Below, in pieces: positions 42,201 through 52,417 of a stretch of DNA of 64,000 nt (the first letter of the stretch is position 1; every line of letters begins with the position of its first letter). The translations under genes and the position numbers were made by a program. The DNA comes from an uncultured Phycisphaerales bacterium (GTDB lineage Bacteria; Planctomycetota; Phycisphaerae; Tepidisphaerales; Tepidisphaeraceae): the NCBI GenBank assembly GCA_963755915.1, contig CAVWLP010000002.1, forward strand, positions 1,600,001 to 1,664,000, read 5' to 3'. Under the pieces are notes generated by a model that worked only from the letters and a program-made list of their open reading frames with translations, ran no database searches and was not told the DNA's origin.

Positions 42201-42243
42201 AAGCCCGCCGGGTGCAATAGAGCCCCGGCGGGCTTTTTTGTTT
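42201..42243 (+). terminator. Intrinsic terminator after Ubl
   Basis: AAGCCCGCCGGG...CCCGGCGGGCTT followed by a T tract. Confidence 0.85.
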
Positions 42244-42270
42244 CCCCTATTTCCTGGAGGTGATCCACCC

Positions 42271-43329
42271 ATGACCAGCAAAGATCCGCCTATCCGGACA
42301 GCCGTGCGGCTGCTTCGATCCTCGGAGCAGCGGCAAACCCGATCCAACCGGCAATATGACAATGCCCTGGAGATGGTCCTGTATCACGCCAAGCTGCTGG
42401 CGCAGTACCTGAGCGCCAGCCATAAAGCCCACTGCCGCGGTTGGAATGCGGCCGTGGACCAGATGCAGATCCGCGTCTCTGAGACCCTGCGCCAATTGCA
42501 ATCCGCCGCATCCGAAGCCGCCATCCACTCCCAGCGTCCACCGATTCTTCGCCCCACCCTCCGCGATCTGCATCAGGATTTGCTCCAGCTCCATCAGGAG
42601 TTTGAAGAAGTATCCCTGGACCTGAAGGGTGGGGTAGTGACAGCGGTTACCGATGCCATCCAACTGAAGGAGGTGTATTTGGGCCCATTCAGCCTTGAAC
42701 TGCATCTTGATCGCCTGGCAGAAAGGGCGGAGGTCTCGGTATTCGATGTCGTCGCCCTCGATCCCCATCCACCGGCCAGTTCTGAGGATGTCACTCACCC
42801 GCATGTCCGGGATGACCAAATCTGTGCCGGGGATGCCACAGCCCCGATAGCCCATGCCCTGAAAGAGGGACGGATCTGTGATGCCTTCCTGGCAGTTAAT
42901 TCCGTCCTGCATACCTACAACGGCCACTCCCCCTACGTCAGTTTGAGCGACTGGGAGGGGGTGCCCTGTGCCGATTGCGGCTGTGCGACCAGTGAGGACC
43001 AGCGCTATTACTGCGAGGACTGCGGCCAGGACTTCTGCGAGGAATGCTACTCAACCTGCGATATCTGCCAAACCTCCTGCTGCCGGGGTTGCCTGGAGAA
43101 GGATCAGGAATCGGACCAGCTCTGTTGCAAAGGGTGCCGGCGGTACTGCGGGCGCTGTAATCGCATGGTCGATGCCGACAGTTTTGACGGCGAGACCGAA
43201 CTCTGTCCCGGTTGTCATGAACAGCTCCTCCAAGAGGAGGAGGAAACTAAACCCAATGAGGAGAACCAAAATGAACAACAAGATCCAAATTCGAGCCCAG
43301 AGAAGTCCCTTGTGCCGGACCGGGCATGA
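42271..43329 (+). CDS. Coiled-coil + E2/UBC-like domain + Cys-rich zinc-binding tail
   Basis: HPHVRDDQICAG resembles the E2 HPN-x-C active site; C-terminal run of CxxC pairs; RBS GGAGGT. Confidence 0.6.
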   Translation: MTSKDPPIRTAVRLLRSSEQRQTRSNRQYDNALEMVLYHAKLLAQYLSASHKAHCRGWNAAVDQMQIRVSETLRQLQSAASEAAIHSQRPPILRPTLRDLHQDLLQLHQEFEEVSLDLKGGVVTAVTDAIQLKEVYLGPFSLELHLDRLAERAEVSVFDVVALDPHPPASSEDVTHPHVRDDQICAGDATAPIAHALKEGRICDAFLAVNSVLHTYNGHSPYVSLSDWEGVPCADCGCATSEDQRYYCEDCGQDFCEECYSTCDICQTSCCRGCLEKDQESDQLCCKGCRRYCGRCNRMVDADSFDGETELCPGCHEQLLQEEEETKPNEENQNEQQDPNSSPEKSLVPDRA

Positions 43330-44029
43330 GGAGGAGAAGCAAGTTTTGACGTTCTCACCTATGGCGTGGTTGAAGCTACGCCTGTTCCTTCACGCCGATG
43401 ATGTGGAAGTCGCCGGCTTCGGAATCAGCAGCGATTACAACCTCTTATACATCAAGGATTTTGTAACCGTTAAGCAGCTTGTCAGCTCCGTCACGGTTGA
43501 ATTCGACGATGGCGCTGTTGCCGATCACTTCGACACCTGCGCCGATGCGGATGTCCCGCCAGCGCACTGTGGCCGGATCTGGGTCCATACCCATCCCGGC
43601 ACGTCGCCCATTCCCAGCTACACGGATGAGCAGACTTTTAGGCGGGTCTTCGGAACCTGCGACTGGGCGGTGATGGCCATCGTTGCCCGGGGCGGGGCAT
43701 CCTATGCCCGGCTACGCTTCAGCGCCGGACCCGGTGGGGATGCGGTTATCCCGATTGTGGTCGATTGGGAGAGGTTCCCCCAGGATCTGCTCGACCAGGA
43801 GGGGAAGATAAACGAGGTATTCACCCAATGGTTGGATGAATACGGCCTAAACGTGCATCACAAGCCCCTGTTTGATCCGATCCCAAAGCCGGTGGCCAAG
43901 GCGCTGGCCTACCAGGATCCATTTGATGAGCTGGATGAGCTTTATGACCAGCAGATCCTCATGGACGACTTCCCGCAATTCTTTGAAGCTCCCGTACCAG
44001 AAGCGTTCGCCTGGGAGGATCGCCCATGA
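43271..44029 (+). CDS. JAB/MPN+ metallopeptidase
   Basis: EVAGFG...WVHTHPGTSPIPSYTD (E, HxH, S, D JAMM motif). Confidence 0.85.
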   Translation: MNNKIQIRAQRSPLCRTGHEEEKQVLTFSPMAWLKLRLFLHADDVEVAGFGISSDYNLLYIKDFVTVKQLVSSVTVEFDDGAVADHFDTCADADVPPAHCGRIWVHTHPGTSPIPSYTDEQTFRRVFGTCDWAVMAIVARGGASYARLRFSAGPGGDAVIPIVVDWERFPQDLLDQEGKINEVFTQWLDEYGLNVHHKPLFDPIPKPVAKALAYQDPFDELDELYDQQILMDDFPQFFEAPVPEAFAWEDRP

Positions 44030-44721
44030 ACATAGACATCCAGGATCGTGATCTTCGTCAGCGGGATCTGGTGCCACCAGACAAACTCGCCAATTGCCGT
44101 GCCCTGGTGATTGGCGTTGGGGCCATCGGCCGGCAGGTGGCGTTGCAACTGGCCGCCATGGGAGTTCTTGATTTGACGCTGGTGGATTTTGACGTCGTGG
44201 ATGTGGTGAACCTGGCTCCGCAGGGTTATGCCCCAGAAGACCTGGGAAAGACCAAGGTGGAAACGACGGCACAGATGTGTCGGCGGCTGAATCCGGATTT
44301 GGTGGTGCACACCGCCGCCGAGCGATTCCGCCGCTCTTCCCCGAAAGCACTGGCGTGCTTCAGACCGACGCTGTCGGCGCGGCAATTGGTCGTATTCTGC
44401 TGCGTCGATTCGATCACGGCGCGGGGGATTTGCTGGGATGCGGTGAAGGATTTTGCGGGCTTCTTCGCCGATGCCCGAATGTCGGCCGAGGTGATTCGGA
44501 TCTTGGCGTCGGATCGGCCGGCAACCGACGTGCATTATCCAACCACCTTGTTCGCCCAGGATCAGGCGTTTGCCGGTGCCTGCACCGCAAAGAGCACTAT
44601 CTATACTGCCGCCGTCGCCGCAGGATTCATGCTCGCTCAATGCACTCGCTGGCTGCGGGGAATATCTGTTGATCGCGATCTGCTGCTGAATCTCCTAGCG
44701 AGCGAGTTGATCGCGGCATAA
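44026..44721 (+). CDS. ThiF/E1-like adenylyltransferase
   Basis: RQ, IGVGAIG, DFDVVDVVNL..Q, G.TKV, CCVDS, DARM, GACTAK. Confidence 0.92.
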   Translation: MNIDIQDRDLRQRDLVPPDKLANCRALVIGVGAIGRQVALQLAAMGVLDLTLVDFDVVDVVNLAPQGYAPEDLGKTKVETTAQMCRRLNPDLVVHTAAERFRRSSPKALACFRPTLSARQLVVFCCVDSITARGICWDAVKDFAGFFADARMSAEVIRILASDRPATDVHYPTTLFAQDQAFAGACTAKSTIYTAAVAAGFMLAQCTRWLRGISVDRDLLLNLLASELIAA

Positions 44722-44820
44722 CCGACTTTATCCTGCCCAACCCAGAACGTGACGGGCCGGAGTGCCAACTCCGGCCCGTCTTTCTTTTCCTAAACAACAT
44801 TAATTTTTTGGAGGTATTTG

Positions 44821-45195
44821 ATGTCCCTACAACCGTCTGGCGACCAGCTCGTCGATGCCAAATCAATCTTGGAGGCGATCGCGGAGTTGAAACGACGTGG
44901 CAACAGCGCCATCTTGCAGGAACTGGAATCCATCGAGCGAGAGCTCGCCGGTCACCTCATGGAGGAACTCGGCTTGATCCATCAGGGTCTACTCAAGACT
45001 GGAGCGAGAAACAAGCTCGTTCGCCAGTTGAACGAGCAGATCGAAGCCCTGGCACTGGTGAGCATCCTGTCCCTGCGAAAAGCCTATTGCCGGCTTATGG
45101 AGGAGAGCGCCGATGAAACACCGCCAGCCAGGATAGATGCTCCCGGATCGCAAGGTACTCCGCACCCAAATGGCGGCGAGTCCCCGGCACAGTGA
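44821..45195 (+). CDS. Hypothetical helical protein
   Basis: RBS GGAGGT upstream; protein-like amphipathic composition. Confidence 0.6.
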   Translation: MSLQPSGDQLVDAKSILEAIAELKRRGNSAILQELESIERELAGHLMEELGLIHQGLLKTGARNKLVRQLNEQIEALALVSILSLRKAYCRLMEESADETPPARIDAPGSQGTPHPNGGESPAQ

Positions 45196-45262
45196 TCCAA
45201 AGTGCGCGAGCAGTGTATCCAACTACTAACTTTTCTAAGTTTCGATCGGAGGATCATCATGA

Positions 45263-45583
45263 ATGACAAATTACCCCCAGGCGCCGGGTCCAGCGCCGCT
45301 ACGACGTCCGACTATCAATCTTCCCCTAGGACGGCTGCTTTCCACGCCGGGGGCCATCGAGGCCATGGCCAAGGCCGGCCAGGATCCACTGGAACTAATC
45401 AGCCGTCACCGCACTGGTGACTAGGGAGAGGTGGATGAGGGGGATTCAGTCGCTAACGACCAGGCCGTCATCCATGGCGAGCGTATTCTCTCGGCTTATA
45501 CCGTGAGAGACGGCGTGCGGCTTTGGATCATCACCGAGGCTGATCGCTCGGCAACAACCCTTCTGCTTCCAGATGAGTATTAA
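45263..45583 (+). pseudogene. Plasmid/ICE-associated small protein (LG...TPGA...RH..GDWG...WIITEADRS.TT.LLP.EY family) with premature stop
   Basis: Hand translation LGRLLSTPGAIEA...RHRTGD*GEVD...RILSAY...WIITEADRSATTLLLPDEY; TAG at 45422 where Trp is expected. Confidence 0.8.
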
Positions 45584-45757
45584 TTCGCCACTTCTTTTTC
45601 CATCTCCAATCTACGGAGGAACATTTGGATCTTCGCTTCATTATTGTGCTGATTGTCATTGTCTACCTCTTTCTGGCCTTCGGGAGTTGTCTGGATCAAC
45701 AGGCTCACCTCCGATCGTCCATGAAGCCTTTACCCACAACCCAGGAAAATTTATCGC

Positions 45758-46351
45758 ATGCACAGATTCACTCGCACAGTGATCGTTCTATTAATCGGAT
45801 CAGCATTGGGCTGGACCGGAGCTATGGCGCTTCGACCGTCGCTCCCAGCTAATGGAATCCATGACGAGCCTTCCATCGAACGGATGTCGGCGCTGTCGCA
45901 ACTGCTGACCCTCCGGATCGATGTCGCCGACGTGCTGGTCACACGGATCGATGGGGCAACGGGCGGCGTGCAGGTGGCTATGCTGGTCAAGGGGGATGTC
46001 GCGATGGGAATCGATCTCTCCCAGGGGCGGTTCGACCAGGTCGATCACGAGCGCTGCACAGCGGTCCTGATCCTGCCCCCGCCCCAAGCTTCATGTGCAC
46101 GGGTGGACCAGGATCGCTCCAGGCTGTTCGCCCTTACGTCTGACGGACTATGGATGATTACGCCTGGAAGCCGCGATTACATTGCTGTGGTGGACAAGGC
46201 CATGAGCCAGGCGCAGGATCTGGTTGCCTCGGCAGCCCACAACATCGATGCCGACGAGCGCGCCCGCGGCCATGCGGAAATATTGCTGGGTACATTTTTC
46301 CATTCGATTGGATGGGAGGTGCAAATCTGCTGGTCCGATCGATCACGCTAG
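45758..46351 (+). CDS. DUF4230-like membrane-anchored protein
   Basis: N-terminal TM; VKGDVAMGIDLS, LILPPP, C-terminal A...L..FF..IGW. Confidence 0.65.
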   Translation: MHRFTRTVIVLLIGSALGWTGAMALRPSLPANGIHDEPSIERMSALSQLLTLRIDVADVLVTRIDGATGGVQVAMLVKGDVAMGIDLSQGRFDQVDHERCTAVLILPPPQASCARVDQDRSRLFALTSDGLWMITPGSRDYIAVVDKAMSQAQDLVASAAHNIDADERARGHAEILLGTFFHSIGWEVQICWSDRSR

Positions 46352-46520
46352 GATCGGCGTCCAAATCGCGTTATTTTTTGCGCGGGCTTGTAGCGCTTTT
46401 GTAGCGATGACAAAGGAAATATCTGCAAGATATGCGCCATGGTTTTTCTTGACAGTGCGAAAAGGGGCGGTATTTTGGGGAAATCACAGATCGGCGCTTT
46501 GCGACACGATCATCGGCAGA

Positions 46521-46537
46521 GAATCTCCCCCTCTCCG
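46521..46537 (+). other. Probable att site: 3' fragment of tRNA-Ser
   Basis: GAAT-CTCCC-CCTCTCC-G parses as T-loop end, T-stem, acceptor strand and G discriminator; followed by a terminator. Confidence 0.55.
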
Positions 46538-46548
46538 TGTAATCCTTC

Positions 46549-46578
46549 TAACCCTCGCATTGTGCGGGGGTTATTTTT
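46549..46578 (+). terminator. Hairpin/T-tract terminator
   Basis: TAACCCTCGCA-TTG-TGCGGGGGTTA-TTTTT. Confidence 0.7.
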
Positions 46579-48429
46579 GCGCCGGCCGTTGAGGTGGAAA
46601 TTCTTCCGCCGTAGATCCGGAGCCGGGAACCAGCGGTATTTGAAATCGGAAGATCGTTCCGCCGCTGGGGAGGCAGTCGAAATCGATCTGGCCGCTGTGG
46701 GCTTCGATGATATTTTTCGCGATGGAGAGTCCGAGGCCGGCGCCGGAGGGGGCGCTGGGGCTGGGGACGCGGAAGAATTTTTGGAAGATCTGGGTGCGGA
46801 ATTCGGCGGGGATACCGGGGCCGGTGTCTTTGACGTTGAAGGAGATGGTTTGACCGTTTTTTTCAGACCAGACGGTTACCTTGCCGCCGGATGGGGTGAA
46901 TTTCAGGGCGTTGGAGAGGAGGTTGGTCATGACGGATTGGATCGATACCGGATCGGCATTGACCGGCGGCAGGTCATCGACGGGTTCGATGGTCAGTTCG
47001 ATCTCCTTGTCGGCGAAAAGCTGCCGCAGCGGTTCGACGGCGGAGCCGATGATTTGCGCGGGGACATCGCGCGGAAGCGGAACTGGGCGCGGCCGGATTC
47101 CATTCGGCTCAGGCTGAGCAGCTCGTCGATCGTCTGGTAAAGGCGATCGCTGTCGCGCTTGGCGGTTTGGAGCATTTTCATTTTGCTGGGGGGGAGAATT
47201 TGGCCGAGGCTTGTGATCAGCAGACCCAGAAGCAACTGCTGAGATGTGAGGGGGGTGCGCAGTTCGTGCGAAACCGTGGAGACCAGGCTGCTCTTGGCTT
47301 CGTCGACTTTGCGAAGCTGGGTGACGTCGACCAGGATCGCGGTGACGCCGATCTGTCTTTTGTCGGGGCTGCGCATCGGCACGGCGCGCGGCAGCAAAAA
47401 GCGCTCTTGGCCGTCGACGAAAAGCTGGATGGCGGATTTGTATCCCTGCGGCTCGACCGGCTGCTGGCGGCTTTTTACTTCTTCGTAGAGCGGCCCGAGC
47501 CAGTTGAGGCCGAGGCTCTGCACGGTGCGGCCGGGCTCGACGCCGAAGTAGGAGCGGGCCGCTTCATTCGCGATTGCGATTTTGTCATCGGGGCCGATGA
47601 CGAAGACGGCATCGGGCAAACTGTCGATGGCCAGTTGGGTGGTCTGTTCGCTGCGGTGGATTCGGTCGTGGTCGATGCGCTTGAATTCGCGGAGTTGGGA
47701 GATCATGCAGTTGAATGCTTCGGTGAGCTTGCCGATTTCGTCGGTGGAGTTGTTGGAGAGGTAGACGTCGAGATTTCCCTCGCCGATTTCGCGTGCCGAT
47801 CGGGTGAAATCGCGGAGGGGGCGGAGGATGCTCCCGCCGGCGGTCCACACGACGATGGTGGCGAGGAGGGTGCCGGTGATGACGAGGATCAGCAGGCTGT
47901 TGCGGACGGTGACGAGGGTGCGCTTCACCTGCCCGTCGACGGAAATCATGTTGGACATGTTCATGTCGGCGACGTGCTGAGCCACCTGCTTGAGCTCGTC
48001 GTAACGGGGGAGCAGGTCGTTTTCGTAGAGGTCGGTGCGACCGACAGAAGTGGAATTAAATTGGTCGTAGTGGGCGCGATAGTCTACCCAAAGCTGGGCG
48101 ATGTTGCGGGTCGCGTCTAATTCACCGGGCAAGGTGCAGTTGTTGAGTTGCGAGCCGAGGTTGTCATCGAAGCGGGACTCAGGCCCGGTGAAATCGGTCG
48201 CCTGCACCGCCGGGCCTTTCCAGAGCATTCGCTGGGCGCGGGTGTTGAGCTGATCGAGCGACTCCTTCATCGCGTCGCAATAGATGGCGCTGTCGTAATT
48301 CTCGCGGAAGACGCGCTCCAGGGCGCGGCTGTAGCGCGTAAAGACAATCATGCTGAGGGCGCTGACCACCAGGAGGATCAGGAGCAGGCTTCCGAACCCC
48401 AGCCAGAGTCTATTCCTTAAGCTCGTCAT
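46571..48429 (-). CDS. HAMP-PAS sensor histidine kinase (KinB-like), frameshift ~47058
   Basis: Two TMs, HAMP (DEIGKLTEAFN), VSHELRTPLT, NLLSNALKFT, DTGPGIP, GAGLGL. Confidence 0.88.
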
Positions 48430-49801
48430 CCTGTTCCTCGTTCAATTTCCGCTTGAATCGTCTGCAGAGCGTACTGGCATTGACCCCCAGCACGGCCGCG
48501 GCGCGGCGAATTGTCTTTGCCGACGCCATCACCTTCTGGATGTGCGCCTCCTCGATCAATTCCAGCGGCACAAGATCGCCAATCTTATAGCCGTTTAATG
48601 TGGAACCGTCCCTGGAGGCAGAATGAACCAGGTCGGCGGGGAGATGATCGAGCTCGATCCGGTCCGAATTGCATGCCAGCACGGCCCGCTCGACCACGTT
48701 GCGCAGCTCGCGCGAGTTTCCCGGCCAGCGATGGGAATTGAGCAGAAACGTCGCGTCGGATGAAAAGCCGGTGATCGATTTATGGTGATCGCGGCTGAAG
48801 AATGAGAGATATCGCATCGCGAGCATGAGGACATCCTCCGGCCGCTGCCGGAGAGGAGGAATATCGATCTGCGCGACGTTGAGGGCAAGCAGTAGGTCGG
48901 GGCGGAATTTTCCGAGATCGACGGCCTTGCGGAGGTCCGCGCCGGTGGTGGCGATGACGCGAACATTGATTGGACGGGCCGATGCCTCGTCCTGCCGCTC
49001 AAATTCCTTGTTGCGGATGACGTTGAGCAGCTTGTGCTGGAGGCGCATGGGCATATTGCCCACCTCATCGAGGAGGAGGGTGCCGCCGTGGCATTTGGCG
49101 ATGGCGCCGACGGGTCCGGCCGTTCCGGCGCCTGCGCCGAAGAGCTCGGCTTCCAGGGCGTCTACACCGTCGCCGTCGCAGGGGATGGAGATACAGGGGT
49201 TGTCGCGGCGCTGGCTCCAGAGGTGGATCGCGCGTGCCAGGCGGCCGCGTCCGGTTCCCGGTTCGCCCTGGATCAGGACGGCAGGGCTCGCCGTCGCGAC
49301 GCGGCGCGCGAAATCGATTCGTTCGCGGTATATCGCGTTGCCCGTGGGAAAATCCGCCTCGGGGTCGAGCGAGCCAAGAGCCGTCTGCATGGCATCAACG
49401 GTTCGCTCCAGCATCCGCCGCTCGGCGACTTTTTGCGTGCGCAAGAGAAGTTGGGTCGGCTCGAATGGCTTGGAGAGGAAATCGGTTGCGCCGAGCTTCA
49501 TCGCCTCGACGGCGGTTTCGATCGAGCCGTAGGCGGTGATAACGATGATCCGCGCCCAGGGATTTTCTTCGCGAAGCGAGGTGAGGTAATCGAGTCCGTT
49601 TTTCGTGCCCAGGCGGACATCGAGGAAGATCAGGTCGAACGCCTGGCGGGCGGTCTGATCGAAGGCGTCTTCAATCGTGCCGACGGCGACGATCTCATGT
49701 CCCTCGGTTTCGAGGCAGAGGGACATTGCATAGCGGATGTGCTCGTCGTCGTCGATGACGAGGATTCGCAAGGCTCGCGGGTCGATTTTCGATTCTGACA
49801 T
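48410..49801 (-). CDS. NtrC/AlgB-like response regulator (REC-AAA+-Fis HTH), atypical
   Basis: LVIDDD, FLDVRL, ITAY, KP; GEPGTGR, LLDEVG, FRPDL, WPGNSRELRN; no GAFTGA. Confidence 0.88.
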   Translation of the reverse strand: MSESKIDPRALRILVIDDDEHIRYAMSLCLETEGHEIVAVGTIEDAFDQTARQAFDLIFLDVRLGTKNGLDYLTSLREENPWARIIVITAYGSIETAVEAMKLGATDFLSKPFEPTQLLLRTQKVAERRMLERTVDAMQTALGSLDPEADFPTGNAIYRERIDFARRVATASPAVLIQGEPGTGRGRLARAIHLWSQRRDNPCISIPCDGDGVDALEAELFGAGAGTAGPVGAIAKCHGGTLLLDEVGNMPMRLQHKLLNVIRNKEFERQDEASARPINVRVIATTGADLRKAVDLGKFRPDLLLALNVAQIDIPPLRQRPEDVLMLAMRYLSFFSRDHHKSITGFSSDATFLLNSHRWPGNSRELRNVVERAVLACNSDRIELDHLPADLVHSASRDGSTLNGYKIGDLVPLELIEEAHIQKVMASAKTIRRAAAVLGVNASTLCRRFKRKLNEEQDDELKE

Positions 49802-50527
49802 TGTGGGTCCCTGCCTCTTCTCCACCGCCCGAGGAGAAGAATGTTGTATAACGCAGTCTGCAAATCGAATGCCGCTTGAAACGCCTGCGCAACCGCGATC
49901 AAGGGCATTCTTTTCGACAAATGGCAGTAGCCTGCCCAATAATCGCGCGAATGATTCATTTGATCGAAAATTCAGCTCGAAACTGCGCAGGCAGGCTATC
50001 TCATTCAGTCGTTACTCTCGTTCTTGAAGGGTGTTGCGAAACGCCTAATCGGGTGCGGCCGTCATCCTTACAATTAAGCAGCAGTGATTAAACAATAGGC
50101 GGACGGGCTTGGGCACGCGAGATGGCGGAACTTTTTACGGGCGTTTACAGAGCTTTTGATCGCGCACTTTACCCCGAGCCGTTCGCGCCGGAAGTGCTGG
50201 CGAGGAAGAGTTCCCATCGTGATTCACTTGCCTTCAGCGGCGCGGAAGCTGACATCGATATGCCAAAGCACTTCGACGCGCGCAGTGCATGAGCGCGCAA
50301 CGCGCGCTGCGGACTTCAAAGCGCGCACTCTGCGGCAACTCAATCAACCCCGGGTTGCTTCGATTCATCCTCGCGCACTGGCATCGGCTTTGTTGAATAG
50401 CTCGCTTAAGCGATTGCGAGCCGGCCGGCGGCCGGGCTTGTCCACAGTTCGCGAGTTGTGTGCTCCACGCAGCGGGCCGAGAGTTCGGCCCGGGCAATCT
50501 TGGTCTTTTTTGGCAAAGGGTGAATGT

Positions 50528-52326
50528 ATGAAGCATTTCTTCTGGCCGGGACAATGGCGTCTGCGGTTCTTAGCGTGTTCAGCGGCATTTATAATGTTCC
50601 TATTGATCGGAGCGCTCAATGCTCGTGGTCAATCGACGCAGCCTGTTGACGCGCCGCATGCCGACTCCTCAGGCGCAACCGGTGGCGACAATTCGCTGAT
50701 CACTCCCAACGTAGGATTGCCTGGCTGGACCGGGGGCGGGACAGACAGCAAGGGCGTTTGGCACCCGTACAACGACGACAAAGGCAATCCCACCGACACC
50801 CCCAACGCCACCAGCCTCGCTCCCAACGTCTCTAAGGCGCTTTACTCCGTCAACATCGTCTGGACGCTCGTCTGCGGCTACCTAGTCATGTTCATGCAGG
50901 CCGGGTTCGCATTGGTTGAAACCGGCTTGATTCGCGGCAAGAACGCCGCCCATACGATGTCGATGAACTTCATGATCTATGCCATCGGCATGTTCGGCTT
51001 CTTCATTTGCGGATTTGCCTTCATGTGCGGCGGCGCAAACGGCACCGGAGCGCTGGGCGGCCCGGGCCAGTTGGGCGGGATTCCGTCACTGAACCAAATG
51101 TGGGGCTTCACCACTGGTACAGGCGCCAACGCCCACTTCTGGGGTTTGTGCGGGCATACCGGCTTCTGCTTGACTGGGCAAGGTTATGACGCGGCCGCGG
51201 CGGTTTGGTTCCTGTTTGAGATGGTGTTCATGGATACCACCGCTACCATCGTCACAGGCGCTGCGCCGAACGATGGAGTTTCAAGAGCTTCTTTGTCTTC
51301 AGTTTGTTCATCGGCGCAGTCACGTATCCAATCTTCGGCTGCTGGGTCTGGGGCGGCGGGTGGCTGGCGCAGATGGGACAAAACTGGGGCCTGGGCAACG
51401 GCGCGTGCGATTACGCCGGCTCTGGCGTCGTCCACCTCCAGGGTGGGGCCTTGGCGTTCATCACCTCACTCCTGCTTGGGAAGCGCCTTGGTAAGTGGGA
51501 CAAGAATGGAAAGCTCGTTAATCCGATTTCGCCCCACAATATTCCAATGGTGCAGCTTGGAACGTTCATCCTCGCGTTCGGCTGGTTTGGGTTCAATCCT
51601 GGCAGCTCGTTGGCTTCCAGCGACAACCGCATCGGGATCGTCGCTGTCAACACGATGCTCGCAGGCATGAGCGCGACAATGTCGGCCGTTCTGTACATGT
51701 GGTGGTTCGGCCCGACCAAGAAACCCGATCCGGCGATGATGTGCAATGGGCTACTAGCAGGCTTGGTGGCGATTACCGCTCCGTCCGGTTTTGTGACCCC
51801 CTGCGGCGCGTTCTGGATCGGCGCCGTTGCTGGCGTGCTAGTCGTACTGAGCGTCTTCTTCTTCGATAAGATCGGCATTGACGATCCTGTCGGTGCGATC
51901 AGCGTCCACGGAACTTGCGGCGCCTGGGGCGTGTTGTCGGTAGGCCTCTTCGCTGACGGCCACTACGCCGGGTACAACGGCGTCGCCACTGGAGTCTGGG
52001 GTCTGTTCTACGGTGACCATCAGATGAAACAGTTCGCGTCGCAGTTCATTGAAGTGTGCGTGAACATTGGCTGGAACTGCGGTGCCGGCGGGCTCTTTTT
52101 CCTGCTGACCGGCTTGCTGGTCGGCGGCAACCGCGTGCCCGCCAAGACCGAAATCGCCGGACTGGACATGCCGGAGATGGGCCTCATGGGCTATCCGGAG
52201 ACGACGCCGTTGGTCTTGCCCGAAAACATCAGCGACGAGCAGGTCGAGGCGATCAAGGCCGGCAAAATGCTGGAGGTCGAGCCGCTCAGGTTCCCCAAAG
52301 TGCCGGCGGAAGCCGTGATGGTCTAG
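50528..52326 (+). CDS. amt: Ammonium transporter, frameshift ~51265
   Basis: LVMFMQAGFALVETG, DYAGSGVVH, GWFGFNPGS, NGLLAGLVAIT, DDPVGAISVH. Confidence 0.93.
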
Positions 52327-52350
52327 CTCGATTCGTCTCTCAACAACACC

Positions 52351-52384
52351 AGCCCGCCGACCCCTAACCGGGCCGGCGGGCTTT
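52351..52384 (+). terminator. Stem-loop after amt
   Basis: AGCCCGCCG...CGGCGGGCT followed by TT. Confidence 0.55.
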
Positions 52385-52417
52385 GCCTCATCAAGAGCAT
52401 AAGTTTAAAGGCTTTTC

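Noticed and set aside
41946-44721. Thiamine/molybdopterin biosynthesis (ThiS/ThiF, MoaD/MoeB)
   Set aside because: No thiG/moaE/cysM nearby; E2-like and JAB partners are present
46480-46540. Complete tRNA gene
   Set aside because: Only the 3' 17 nt fit; no D-arm, anticodon arm or 5' acceptor strand
50379-50393. Sigma54 promoter TGGCATCGGCTTTGT upstream of amt
   Set aside because: The -12 element is GT rather than GC, and the adjacent activator lacks GAFTGA; too weak to call
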